Shown: positions 49,381 to 62,855, counted from the first letter of the stretch. The stretch: 64,000 nucleotides of DNA from Camelus ferus (GCF_009834535.1 NC_045696.1:67706001-67770000), one strand, 5' to 3'. Numbers and translations are program-made. Notes: generated by a model not told the origin, from the letters alone.

Positions 49381-51449
49381 AAAAAAAAAAAGGAGGGGGC
49401 TCTGACAGATGTCTCTGAACCTAGATATTCAGAGGCCTGACAAACTAGAAAAATAAGGTTTTGTTTGTTTTTTGTATTTTTTTCGGTGTACTGCTTTGGA
49501 GGGGAAGTCCCTCAGAGCTTCTCAAAGGAGCCTGGAATAGCTTAAAACCATGTTGTCTCACGGTCGTGTTCATGTTGTTCCTGCCCCCACGGCCCTGACT
49601 TCTGGGAAGACGCTGCTACGTCAGAGGCAATCCGGCAAGTCTTAATTGAGGAGAGACGCAGCTTTTCAGGCCACACATTAAGGATTGGGAACTCGCCGTT
49701 ACTGACGGGGTAGCAGCCAACTGGAATGGTTCGCAGCCATAAATACAGCCGCCCGTTTAGCTTGCTTCCCCTCCGGGGAAAGAATGAGCTGCTGCACAAG
49801 CGACAGCTATGAAGAAAGAGGGAGATTTTCCCTTCGAATGAAAGGCAGATCAGAAAACAGGAACCCTTTAAAGAGATTCAATGCATGAATTTCAGGAGCA
49901 GCGTACCTTGTGTTGCTTCTGTTCCCGTTAGAGCAGGTACCCAATGGTGAATAAGCTCTAAAACCCATCACATTGGGTTCCGCAGCCCCCGACGGGAAGT
50001 TAAGCTGACAGAGAAAGAGAATCACTAACACACGCCTGTGCTCACACTCACAAACTTCTAGGCAGCCAACAGCAGAGCGGTGAAGTTTGAGAGCAAGAAC
50101 ACGCACGCACAAAAAAAAAAAAAGTTTCTGTTGTCCTCAGATTAAATGCTGAGGCAGGAAGAGATACTATTCTTGAATCAAGTGAGAAAAGATGGTAAAG
50201 TGTGATATTAAAATGCAGCACACTGGAATAAGTTTGCCTCTATAAAAACTGTTATGTTCTGTATGTGATTTAAATTAATGCCTATATTTGTTGGAGATAA
50301 AATTAAAATGAAGATAAACGGTGCCAACATATAGCGTGTTCGCTCGAGCAATAAATAAGGCAGTGAAAGGTACTTTACATTTCAGTCACATCTATCCGAA
50401 CAGGGAGCTCACAGCATTTGAGGAACAGTTGTTAACTGAATGTTATAATAGGTTGGTGGGGCACCCGCGCGGTTAGTATACGCATCTTTCAAAAAGAGAC
50501 AGGGAGGTTCAGTGCCCCAGGGCCCCCTGGATGTCACTGACCTGGGAGGTCAGGATGGTCAGGCACAGTGCCTTCTAGTTCAGTGGATTCTCTGCCTGGC
50601 AAGAGCTCTCCTGTGCTGCCCCAAAACAGATGTCAGATGGCCAGCTCTCTCTGTTTATTAACCATCTCAATGACAGGCAAGATTACAGTTTTAGCTGGGG
50701 AGAAAAGTAATAACTTTGACACACATTAACAGCAAATCTCTCCCCACTCCCCTTACCTTGCAAGAGTGTCCCATGAATGATTAACCTATTACTTATCCTC
50801 AGCTTGAAAACTTGTCCAAGGTATTGATTAGCAATGCCCTCTCTGCAAATGGATCTCTTCTATCCCGTCGCCCCTACGTCTTCCCTCGCTAAGCATCCCC
50901 AAAGGCACTCAGTCTGTGTTCAAAGCTCTCCTTGATGGAGTGGCCAGTAACTTACAAAGCTAAGTCAAGCAGGATTGTGTGGGCATTGATAATTGTGTAT
51001 GGATAACTGATAATCTGGTTAATTGGATTCACTATAGTCATCTACTTTTACGTATGTTTGAAATTCTCAAATGGAAAGTTGAAAGAAGTCAAAGGGAGAA
51101 CATTCACAGAAACTCTAGCAGCCCATTTACTGGGACAACACTCCTCTCCTGAGATAGTAGGGAAGTGTGCTGGATTCTGAAGATGAGGCTCCAAAGAAAC
51201 ATGGGAGTCACCTTTTGTATAGGTCATTTTAGGATTCAGGTGAAATTTTAGGGAACTTTAGGAATCACGTAGTCCAGTCTCCATTTTTCAGGATAGAAGA
51301 ATTCTCAACTGTATCTTCCTTTTACAGTTTAAAAAGATACATTCAATTCCCCTTATAATTTAAAAAGATACATTCAATTCAAAAGATATCATTCAACGAT
51401 ATACATATTAATACAACAGATCTTGCAAAAGCCCTGTTGTCTCTTTACA

Positions 51450-51610
51450 TGGGTTAGTTTACCTCTTTTGTGCCTCGGTTTCCCACTTGTACAATGGAGA
51501 CCAAGAGCATACCTACTTCATGAGGGCTGAAGGACGCCACACATGAAAGGCACTTGCAATAGTTCTTGGTATATGGGAAGCGCTCATCGACTGCTAATCA
51601 TTATTATTAT
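51450..51610 (+). mobile_element. MIR SINE remnant
   Basis: GTGCCTCGGTTTCCCACTTGTACAATGG...ATACCTACTTCAT.AGGGCTG...GAAGCGCTCA. Confidence 0.75.
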
Positions 51611-51622
51611 CACTACAAACTT

Positions 51623-51979
51623 TGTGGTAGTCATCAGGGCTGCTTTCTAAATATTTCCAGCTCTCTGCTTTCTGGCTCCCTTATGGCGAGGTGGAGCCGT
51701 GTGAATCATTTTGGCTAACAAGTTGTGAATACAAGTCCACATGTGGTACTTACAGGCCAGAGCACGCACCTGCTGGGTCACGACCCTGAGAGAGCCCTTT
51801 TACTCTGGGAGGGGGCCAGCAGTGTTAGAGATGGTAGATATTCCAGTCACCTGCAAAGAAGTCCTTCTGGCCCACGGTGAACAAGTAACATGAGCAAAAA
51901 AATAAACCTTTGTTTGAAAAGCTAAATTTGGAGAATATTTGTGAGCACAGCATTCTCTGGACCATCCCTGACTGATACT
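51623..51979 (+). mobile_element. MLT1I-like (ERVL-MaLR) solo LTR
   Basis: Starts TGTGGTAGTCATCAG.GCTG...AAATATTTCC, contains GTTAGAGATGGT and CATGAGCAAAAAATAAACCTTTGTT, and ends CCTGACTGATAC. Confidence 0.85.
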
Positions 51980-54639
51980 TCTTACAAAGTGCATTCACTT
52001 CTGTTATTCAATGGAACCCTCACAATCAAGAGAGAAGGGCAGCGTTGTATGTATTTAGCAGATGTGAATTTCAGCCCAAGCTATTGCAATATCCACTGAA
52101 TGAATGTGGGCAAGTCAAGTCATACTGATACAGATGCAAGGCAAATTCTCGAGACTTTTGGTAAACTCCAGGTATTCTTTTAATCCACTCCACTCAGATT
52201 CAAAGGCCTCAGGACCCTTAACTTTGACAATGTACCTACCCACATTAACCTCAACCCAAATAGTAATTAGAACTGGAACATTTCTGAGAATTTACTGCAA
52301 TGTCCCATCAAAAAAGGCGTCACTGATTATAAAATGTACCACTGCACCAACAAGAATCAAACAATACTGTAACTTATGATATAGTGTTTAACTACTACAT
52401 AGAATTTATGTTATACTGAAAGAAACACTGTAAAATAAGACAGTTTTTCTTAAAATCATAGACGCATCTCCCTGCATATATACAAAAATATATATAAGTT
52501 GAAACAAATTGAAGTATTTCTAAAGTTTCTTTGTATTTAGAGTTCAGCCCTTTGAACCATTTTTCAGCTGAAAATCTTAGGAGTTCTATTTTTTTCCCCA
52601 TAATAATGTTCTCTGGATCTTCAAGAGCAGTAAGAAAAGAGGGTTCCATCATCACCACAGGATTTTCTTCCAAAGTTTTGATGTGCATTTGCAACAATGA
52701 CAACTATGTTATTGTTAATTACTCACCAACAGTAATTAGTCAGCAATGTTCAGGTTGTGAATATGGGCTTTAGAATTGACAAAATATAAGTATGTGAGAG
52801 ACGCAGCGCTTTACTGATCTATGTACAGTAGCGACTGACTACTCGTAACAGCTGCATGTAGCGGGCACTCTATTAGCACAGCCATGTCGAACTGAGGCAG
52901 GAGATATCCGCTGCCTGCTGAAGGGCACACGGCTAGTAAGTGGAGGATCCAGAACCATCTTTTGAGTAACTGCTCGTACCCACTATGTGGTACAGCTTCT
53001 CATTACAGCAATCAGATCAGTACTTTTTTTTTTTTTTTTGACATTGGAGGCGTAAGAATTATGAGTGCAAAGGAAAGTGCTCAAACACTGAAGTCTTTTA
53101 AAGTTTACACATTGGGCTGTTTTGTTTAAAGCAAACCAAAGGGAAATCGACTCTTGCATTACTGCCAACTCTTTTATATACTAAATGGACAATTTAGCAG
53201 ATGTCTGGGCCTCCTTTTGGTTATCGTCAAAGAATTACTGAAATAATCTGCATGCAGCCTTAAATATCTTTGTAAAATATTGGGATGTACGTGCAATGAA
53301 CACAGATATAGAACATCTATACCTACACAGACATGCATGCTGTAGCTCTTAAAACACATTTTTATTATATTTAGTTTTATTAGTGTCTATGTTCCTACAT
53401 GGCTATTATCGTAGGAGAAGCAAAGAAATCACCACTGTTAAATATTTGAAGACCAAATGTGTGCTTGATCCTCACAGAGCATGAAATTAAGACTGAATCT
53501 ATGCCCAGAGGGGACAAGCTTACTGAACAAGTATAACAATTGATTTTTTTTAGCAGTTTTTTTATCTTTTCTCCTTTATAAAGGACAGCACAACTGAACA
53601 ATTACTTAAGAGGTACAACACAAAGCTTTGAGCTTAGCTCTTTATACACTTAGCAAATGAGTATTATAATTTGCTATAATTCTCCCTCCTGATTATATAC
53701 AGTAGCTATTTCATTCTCTAAATAATATCTTCCACCTTTTTTTTTTTTTTAGAAGTTGGTTAAATTGCTTAGGAGGAGAATATTAGGCTCAGTTTCTTTG
53801 AAGGGTAATATAGTGGGAGTGACTGTGTAATTATCTCTACCGGCTCTCACCCACTACACAATGCCGTCTACTGTACCTACTGCTTTCCTATTGAGAACTC
53901 CAGTTAATCCTAACTAACTTGCACACAGGAAAATGAGGCAGGCGGATTTTATTTTTAACTGGGCACTGAGAGAATAAGAAAAAGAAATGCTAAGATTGAT
54001 CAAATCTGGTACATTTGCAATTTGTATTTTAAGCCATTTTACACGTCTGTGCTACCAAATAGGTACAGTAATTCAGGCCTTACAGTTCCTTGTGTAGCAG
54101 CCACCTATCTGGTGCTCTCTGTCTGAGACCAACTGTCCTTAAGTCACTCCACAGCTGGGCTATTTTATCTCTGGCAATTACTACTCTATTGTGGATGGGG
54201 AATTTTTACTTTATTTAAAATTGAGGTGGGTTTTATTCTCAAAATGCCAAGCATTCCAAATGCTTCGTACAGACTAGATTTTTGAAAACAATTCAGTGGC
54301 TTCCAGCAGAAAGAAGTTTAACACAAGTCCTGTGTTTCTAGAAGAATTCCATTCTCCAGTGTTGTTCTATCATGTGTCTATTCACATGTCAGCCTCTCCA
54401 AAGGACAGATGGAGAACTCAAGTGTGGGGCCTGGGACAGTCTTACTCACGTGTGTGTGACCAATGACCGATGCAGGGCTGGCACTTTTACCCTTCTCTGC
54501 CCTAAATTATGAACAGAGGACATTACTTGCATGCAGATGTTAGAAATTAGAATTTCAAACTATGTTACACTCCCAAGTTACTGAGTGAGGCTATTAAGAT
54601 GGCTGCCATTCAAAACAAATTGTCACTAAACTGAAGTCA

Positions 54640-54810
54640 CATTCATTGAAAGACTGATTACCACTGAAGCAGATTCGAGGTTACATAAAGTTGGAGGTGA
54701 GAACAGAGGGTGACTACAATCGGGTATGAGATTTCTTTTTGGAACGGAAGAAATGCTGTAAAATTAGGTCAGGGTAATGGCTGCAAAATCATTGAATCAT
54801 TGAGCTGTAA
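54640..54810 (+). mobile_element. Old L1M 3' UTR fragment
   Basis: GGTGACTACAATCGGGTATGAGATTTCTTTTTGGA.CG..GAAATG.TGTAAAATTAG. Confidence 0.7.
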
Positions 54811-54894
54811 AAAAACAAACGAAAACCTGCCCCAGATCCCTCCTCACCCACACAACTACTGTTAGTATTTTTGATTATGCATTCAGTCGTTGAT

Positions 54895-55110
54895 TCATAT
54901 AGCTAGGCTTAGAAGTTACACTGTCGTGGCTCAAACACCAGGTCTGCCACTCACTAGCTCCAGGTTTCATGTCTCTGGGCCACGATCTCCTTATCTGTAA
55001 AATGGGGGGAAAGGACAGGCTGCCTCATTGGGCTGTTGTGAGGATCAAGTGAATTAATACATGGATGTGACATAGTTCTCAATGAATGTTCGTTATCGCT
55101 CCATATGTTT
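54895..55110 (+). mobile_element. MIR SINE
   Basis: TCTGCCACTCACTAGCT...CTCCTTATCTGTAAAATGGGG...CTGCCTCAT.GGGCTGTTGTGAGGATCAAGTGA. Confidence 0.85.
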
Positions 55111-55229
55111 AAATATAGTTTCTTAGTAGCAGAAATGACTGACCATTGCTGCAAAGGACAACTGATAGGTTGAATCTTATATGCAATGTTAACCAGGTAA
55201 GCACCATGCTGAATGACAGAAATGACACA

Positions 55230-56150
55230 CTCCTGAGTTTCATTTATGATCCAGGGCTCCTCCAATTCAAGTATATCCAGAGTCCTCTCTCTAAAGCATA
55301 CTTCTGATTTCTTTTCGAAAATCTTCAAATGTTCCTGTCTTCTCTCAAACCCTACCGCCCTCAGCTGCCGGCAGGATGAAGAGCACAATGTACAAATCCA
55401 CTGCACTGCCCAGAATCCATTTATAAGCTGCCATTCAACCCTCACCGATGTATGACTCTGGCTATATTCTTTCTGTTTCACTCACCTCATCTTCCAAGTA
55501 CTTCCATTCCTTTCCCAGCTGAAAACACCATTCTTTTACACACGTTTATCTCTACAGTTGTAGTTCCTTCAGCCAGGACTACCTCAGAAAACTCCTAGAC
55601 ATTCTTTGTGACCCAGCTCAAATGTCATATCCTGTAGCTGACCTCATCCTCCTCTGTGACCTCACAGTAAGACACAGGCATGTCTATGAACACCCATGCT
55701 GACAGACTCTCTGACCTTCAGGCCCAGGAGAAACTTCCTTCCCAGACTGTCTCCCATTCCCCAAGCCTACTGAGCTGCTGTGGTTTGCCTGTGTCTTACC
55801 TCCGTACGATGGCGTATTTTCTTACTTCTTCCTGAAAAACTCTTCTCCTTTACTGTCCCCAGGTCATCAACCCAGCAAACTCCCACGGGCTTCTCAGACT
55901 TCTGTTTAGAGACGACCACCTCTCAGACACCTCCCCAGGCCTCCCAAGGATGGGTTTTCCTTGTCCCCCTGATGTGTTCCCAAAGAGCCCTTTGCTGAAC
56001 CCAGCTGTTGCTCTTCAACACCGTATAGAAAAGAGTCTGCTGATGGACATTCTGTGAAAGGTTAGCTTTTGCAGAATTACTGTCAGTTTCTACAACCCCA
56101 GCACCTAGGAGGTCCCTGGCACATGGCAGATGCTCATAAAACACTTGAGT
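55230..56150 (+). mobile_element. Degraded L2 fragments
   Basis: TCTCTCTAAAGCATACTTCTGAT; GACCCAGCTCAAATGTCA; CCCCAGCACCTAG...CCTGGCACATGGCAGATGCTCA. Confidence 0.65.
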
Positions 56151-57289
56151 ATATGTAGTAATCATCTCCTTTAAAAATAATTTGAGTTGGTGACTTACAT
56201 AGCAGTAAGTGAATCACGTACCAAAAAAAATCTATTACAAAAAAATTGGAGTTACCAATCTATAATTTTCACTGTAGCTTAACCTCTCAGTTCCAGGACA
56301 GAGGTCTTATATGCTTGCATCCCTATTGTGGAGCCTGGTCCCTAGAAGATACTCAGTTATATCAGCTGAGATTTAATAGAAATGTTATGCCAGATTCTTA
56401 GCCACTGAACCACTTTCTACAAATGACCAATTTATATGATGCTTCTCAGTAAGTAAATTAATAGTGATATCACAAATCATACAGCCAGAAAATTCATTTA
56501 TTTCAACATCAACATTTTATAAATAAGGAATTAGTCTCAGTAAAAGAAATGAATTACCCAAGATCATGTGGATAGGATCCCAAAAGAACGTGTCCTCCCA
56601 AATCAACACCATTAATGGTGTCTGACTTAGAAAGATGCACGCCATTGCTGAAGTCGGATTTAGAGTTATGTGTGTGGATGATGCCAGCACCAAATACTGG
56701 TGCTAAAAGTTACGTTTGGAAATAAATCGATCATCAGTTTTTTTTTTTTTAAATGTGATCAGATTAAACAGGTGTTGATAATCATGAAAAGGGAAATAAA
56801 CTCTTGGCTGACATGAGTCATTACTTGATGGGCTATTTCAAGACAGAACTGATATTTCTAAATAGCTGATACCAAGACAGGCAACACCAAAGGACCACAG
56901 AAGTGGAAAAAAATCACTAATGATTTATTTTATTGGAACAATTCTGTACACTGTGAAAAATTACCACTTAAGGATTCGTAGTATTAAAAATTTCCACTAG
57001 GAAGATTTTAGACTTCTAAAAATCCTCCAAAACTGACCCTAGGTGTACATATGTGAGTCAACCAGATGTCAGTAGTACTGTACAACGTTAGGGAACTAAC
57101 TAGGGGAAGTCGTTTCATGTCTTGTTCTTCAGGGTACTCATCTAGAAAAGAGGATAAAACAATCTACGATGTCACATCCCTCTCTGGACTGTAAGAACCA
57201 CCCTAAAGCACTCAAAACCTACAAGCTTATCAGATATGGTAAAGAAGACCCAAACCCTTGACTCCTGAGAGACAAAACTCAGCACCTGC

Positions 57290-57690
57290 AATCTGAAGCC
57301 TAAAATCACAGTTATACCTTAGGACTGACTGTAGGCATCGATTCCCTGGCCCACCCCAGTTCCTTAAAGGATCCAAGTTCATTCCTGTCTCAGGCACACA
57401 CATTGTTCTGCAAGTGCAAGTTCTCAACTCGACACTGAGGTGTCCCTTCAGAAGCCAGCTCCTCAGAGAAGCACTGCCTAACCTTCCTGGCAAACATCAT
57501 TCCGGATACTCCCATCTGCACCTTTTATCCTGTTTCACTGTCTCAATTTGTTTACTGACTCTTTCACGTCTTACGTTCCCCTAACCTCTCTTCAGCATTT
57601 AAGGTCAGTCAGAGCAAAAACCTCATCTGCCTTGGTTACCTCTCATCCTTCGAACCCAGAGTTCATACGTCACAGGACTCAGTAAAGGTG
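57290..57690 (+). mobile_element. Degraded L2 fragment
   Basis: CCTCAGAGAAGCACTGCCTAACC...TTGTTTACTGACTCT...AGGACTCAGTAAAGG. Confidence 0.5.
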
Positions 57691-57714
57691 AGATAACTGT
57701 AGTATAAATAAAAC

Positions 57715-58250
57715 AACCTGACTTCATGACCTAGGTCTTTCACTTACCAGTTGTGTGATCTCTGGCAAATATTCCAGGCTCGATTTCCTCAAATGAAAAT
57801 CAGGAATCAGAAGCATATCTGCCTCATAGTGCAGAAATCAATGAGGTTAGGTGCAAAAGTCTTACAAACTACAACCATGATATTCAGACAGTGATAACAG
57901 TATCATTATAAGGCCTACTGTGGGCCAGGCTCTGTTCTAATAAGCACTTCACACATGCAATACGACGCCTTTTATTTTAAGATACATTATTATTTTTTTA
58001 CTAAGAAAGAAATAATCAGTGCCCATTAATCTGTAACAGTGATTTTTTTTTATCAAATCAATTACATATCAATCTCAAGGAAATTAAACCATGGGAAAAA
58101 AGGGTGTTTCATAAAATAGAAGAAATTGAGTTTTATACATTTAATACTCCTAACAATTCTATGAGATAGGTCTTACTATCATCCCCATTTTACAGATGTG
58201 AAAACTGAGGGACAGAGAGGTTAAGTAACTTGTCTAAGGTTACACACTGA
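57715..58250. mobile_element. Cluster of MIR fragments in both orientations
   Basis: Plus-sense CACTTACCAGTTGTGTGATC at about 57740; antisense CCCCATTTTACAGATGTGAAAACTGAGG.ACAGAGAGGTTAAGTAACTTGTCTAAGGTTACAC at about 58183-58247. Confidence 0.8.
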
Positions 58251-61200
58251 GTTTTAATGATGATGAGAAAAGATTAACAGGGACTCGTGAAAGTCTACAA
58301 CTTCAGCTCTCCATAAAATCTCAAGAATTAGGTTTGCTTTTCTAAATGACACAACTGAACCAGGAAATATCCCTCACTGTGTATGATGTATAGAATTCTA
58401 ACAATTCTCATGGCAAAGTATTATAAAAATAAAAGTAGAAAGACACCAGTTTTAAATACTGAACTTCAAGTTGTCTTAATTTGCATACTCTTTGCATTTA
58501 TATAACTCAGTTTTTCCCAGACCAATTTGCACTCATTTAGATTTTGCTCTTAAGTTTTCTTAATCCTTTCATTTATCTGTTTTCTGTATCCATAAAGACA
58601 CAGGCAGCTCTTCTGGAGATGGCAGACCATTTGGTTTAGATCTACTTTCTGCCCTTCCCTACTCTTCACCCTATTGCTCTGAGCTTAGTAGGCATTAAAT
58701 AAATGTCGCTGACTAATTAAAAACAAAAAGGAGATCTGATTTGGCATCATATCTCACAGCATGATATTAAAAAATAAAAAAACCACAACTCAAGCATATA
58801 TTATCGTTAGCTTCCCGAATATGATTAGTGGCAATCTTGATGTAATTTACATAAAGAGAGAGCTCGACTTTTTGCACTAAACCAAAAAATCCAGGGGTGT
58901 GGTAGGTATGGTGGGGGAAGAGGAGTCAAAAACAACACATACAACACGTTCAGAGATGTGACTGTGATGGTACCAGGATTTGATCATTATTCTTAGGCTG
59001 ATTAAATTGAGATTAAAAAAAAAAATTCTGAGTTATTTGGTGAGGTTACAAGAAATAGCTAGTAAACCTAACATATGAAATATGGCACAGTAAAAAGAGC
59101 ACAGTACCCATCAACGCTCATTTTCAAAACAATGTTCTTTTACATGTGAAATCCCTCAAAGTACAGTAAAGTTGTTTGTGGAGTCCTGATTCAAAATCAC
59201 CTGTAAAATTCTAACATACTTATTAGGAAAAGCAATCAAGGTGTAAGGCCCTTCATATTATCTTATAGAGGAAGACTGAAAAGAAATGCAATTGTTTACT
59301 TCTGTAATTTGTCCTCATCAAAGATCTTGGCTACTTAAAAAGTTATTGAGAATATAAATTTAAACCTTGGGAATCCATTTTTCTATCACATGAAAAGTTC
59401 TATTAACTACACTGTAAAAATTCCCATCCTCATACAGAGGTTAAGAACTAGATGCCATTCCTAAATCCCTTTGTCTCTAAACCCCAAGTGATGGTACCCA
59501 ATCCCCTACCCACACCATCTCTGAGTGGCAGGTGGAGACGATTTGCACATTCTGGCAAACAGGTTCACCCACATCTGCAAAAGTCTGAAAGTCTGTGGGT
59601 AAAGGAACTCCTATACATTTTCCAATAATATGTATTTATAGAAGTAACCTTAAGGCATAGTAAAAGTCTCTTTGGAGTCATCAAATGTTGCTTGCTTTCA
59701 ATTACTTTAATATCAAATATGTCTTATTCTATTTGGTTTTTTGATTATCTTCCCACAATCCATAAGACACATGATGCACTCGATAACCTATTTGTGAACA
59801 AATAAAAATTCTATTCATCATTTTCAAAAAATACTACTAGAAATTTTTGCTTTGAATGGACAGAAATAAAATACAACTCTTTGCGAGGTGTCAAAGCCCT
59901 AAGGCTGTCTCACAGTTGTTTTCTAAGGGGCTCCCCACTGTGCTGATTCTCCTCATCGGAAATTTGCAAAGTGTGTATGTCTTGCTAACTCATCCCTTTT
60001 AAAAAATATTGGCATTCCGAAGAAAGGTTTACTTGGACAGGAACTTAACTTGCCCTCTGCACATAGGTGTACATTCACAGGTGTGTCTGTGTGTGAAGGG
60101 GCACACTCCATCGGTGAGGAACTTGCCGTTTCACACGATGGAGTTAATAATGCGGAAGTGTCAGGGGAGCCAGTTTCTCCTGCAAGGATATTACTATATG
60201 AGCTTTGACTAAACCTCTTTGGCTGTTAGCTCTACATTCTGTAAAAAAGGCAAATATCAAAAGTTGTTCTTGTACACCCTAAAGAGTCATTAAGATGTGA
60301 ACACTACTTGAAATACAAATCTTTAGTAATGACAGTAATTTCCTTTATTAATCATGCTCTTATGGGAAAATTTCCATTTTAGATGCTAGCTACATTTCAC
60401 CGAGACTGCACATCAGAACCTAAGCATTTCTTCTAATGTCTGGATCAGCCAAAATGACTATTTTACAAACTCACTTTAAAGTCTATGAAAGTAGACACAT
60501 CTTATTGCAGACAAGGGGACCAGGCTGTGAGGTGACACCGCCGTTGGAGGCAAGCCCACGCGAGCTTTTGTATAAACTGGAACATTAGGTAAAATCATAC
60601 TGTCTGCACTGCCTTTCAGCAAACATAAAAAAATTGGTGACTTTGCTACCCAGCAGTGTCAGAGATACACAGGTTTTGAAACCACAGTGAAAACTGAGCA
60701 CAAGGGGAACACGAACACGGAGCCCGTGGCAGAGGCAGAGGCAGCAGGAAAATGAGAGAAGATCTCCACGTGACAGAACCTGCCAACTTGCAAGTGTCGG
60801 GGGAGGAACCCCAACGCAGATTGCTGGTTCACCCTGACTTCATAGTTCCTCCCTCTTTCCTACCCCACTGGCCACTCGTGTCTGCTCAGCAGCACCACCC
60901 AGCGACATTCCAGACCTCACCTCCACCCCTCACAACACCACCTCCAGAACAGGTGCCCCTTTTAATCATCTTCGCTTCAGCCACTGGGAGTCTCTCCGCT
61001 TTTATGAAGTCGCTCCACCTTGTCTAGTCCCTTAAAGCCCCATCCGCAACTGCCATCACTAAATGAAGGGGGAGGTTCAGTCCCTGCTCGCGAGTCTTCC
61101 ACGTGGAGGGACCTTCTGTGGAGAAACACTCATAGCATCAGTCTCTGCCTGACTCATTCTTCTCCTGACAAGGAGCAGCGACTGAACTGACTGGGGACTC

Positions 61201-62840
61201 TGAGGAAAGAAACAGGGCAGGCACGGTGCAGCCCCTTTCAGAGTCCCACTAGAATCTGCTGCCTGCAAGATCATGCCTTCTCTAATTCTTCAGACTCTAA
61301 ATTGTTTAGGGGGAGGGGGGCAGGTGGTAAAAGAAAGCCCCACCGCAGGAGCAGCTGCAGGTGACCAGTGCTGACCACTATCAAAGGGCAAATCTGTCTA
61401 CGCGGAGGTAAAGCAGGAGTAATTCCCTTGGACCTAAAGCCAGAGCCAGTCGTCCCCGGTGCTTTTATCCATCACGAGGCTGACATTGTGGGCTCCGTCT
61501 GTCTGATTCCTCTATTCCTCAGTGGCTTCTGAACACGGGTAGAGAAGCCATTGTGTGTATTTATTGTGTTCCCTGAAATCACAACAGTGAATTCTCAAGG
61601 AGCCTTGTTCCCTTGTTTTTCACCCAGACTTTCTGCTAGCCTTTAACTCAGTCACTCACAATGTCTTCCTCTTCCTCTTCTTCTTCTTTTTTTTTTTTTG
61701 GTAGCTCTGGGAGTGTACAGATTCTTGAGAAAGCCAAGACACTCTGCAGACATGGTCATTAGATTTCAAGTGGGCCTCAATGCTACACCACAACCTTTCC
61801 ATGGATCCCTTCACTGCATATCCAGGGGTCCATCTAAATGTCCTTCACCTCACACACTTCCATGCCCTCTTTCCACACATAACTTCCCTCCCTACTTCCA
61901 AGAAGAGTGAGGCTCTGTAGTATAAATGTTCTCCCCTAGTCACGCCTTCTCTATTTCCACAGCCATACTTGTCTCTCTCTACAGGAACACAGGAAAGAAT
62001 GCCCAGTCTCCACGCCAACCACATCTCCCTAGCCATGTTCTTGATTCCAGCCCTTACCGTGTCTTCCAGAACCCGCTTCCCTCATTCACCCCCTCTGCAC
62101 ATTCATTAATATGTTCCACGGCTCCCACCCCACCAGTGCCTTCCCATGTGAGCACAGGTCTCACTTTTACTTGGGGGAGGAAAACAATGGGCACTTAGCC
62201 TTAGTCTCCCCTTCTCTTAAGCTAGCTTTTTCCTTTTTTACAGCAAACTTCTTGAAAAAAATGGAAAAAACTAAAACTTAGAAATGAGAGCTAAACTCAA
62301 AGAAATTCCACTGCTGGTTAGAGTAACATGAGGACCAGCATCTAAGTCTTCTGAATGTCTCTTGGGCATGTGGACTTGCATGCTACGTCTTCAACCCCTT
62401 CCATTTGGTTGAGTTAAAACCGCACTACGGTGAGGAGTGCATACAGTGCTGAGTCTCTACCACACCCACAGCTCTGTGTAAGGCGAGAGCCTCAAAAAGT
62501 TGTTTGTTTGTTTTTAATAAGTTCATTACCACAGCTTTGTAAACAGGTAATTCTGAATCCGGCCCACAACACACTGGATCAGAGATTGAACCAAAGCCAG
62601 CTCCATGAGATGTGCTGGAGGAAGAAGTCCTTCCCAGTTTGTACTGGACAGGAACCAGGTAAAATACTGGGTCCCACTGCTTTGAGTGCAGGGCATACAG
62701 AGAAAGAACAGTTGGTAGCAGAAATAGAATGAAGCAAAAGCAAGACATACACAGAGCTGTATGAGGAAGCCCTAAAGCGGGAGGCGGCGTTGCATCGTGA
62801 ACATCATAGTGTCCAGAAAAAGTCTAAACAGAATCACCAA

Positions 62841-62855
62841 CAGCAGCAGCAGCAG
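62841..62855. repeat. Short (CAG)5 tract
   Basis: CAA CAGCAGCAGCAGCAG in non-coding context. Confidence 0.8.

Noticed and set aside
50402..50422. AGGGAGCTCACAGCATTTGAG resembles miR-28-5p
   Set aside because: Opposite strand to LPP, seed mismatch and no hairpin partner, so likely chance or an L2 relic.
51328..51396. Repeat-spacer-repeat pattern reminiscent of CRISPR
   Set aside because: Mammalian intron, only two full copies, a 9-nt spacer and no cas genes.
54954..55481. 175-aa ORF (also 163 aa at 3774-4265 and 148 aa at 11430-11876 and 25016-25462)
   Set aside because: Largely overlap MIR or L2 repeats (e.g. SPHFTDKE is an antisense MIR translation) or show no protein-like composition or splice context.
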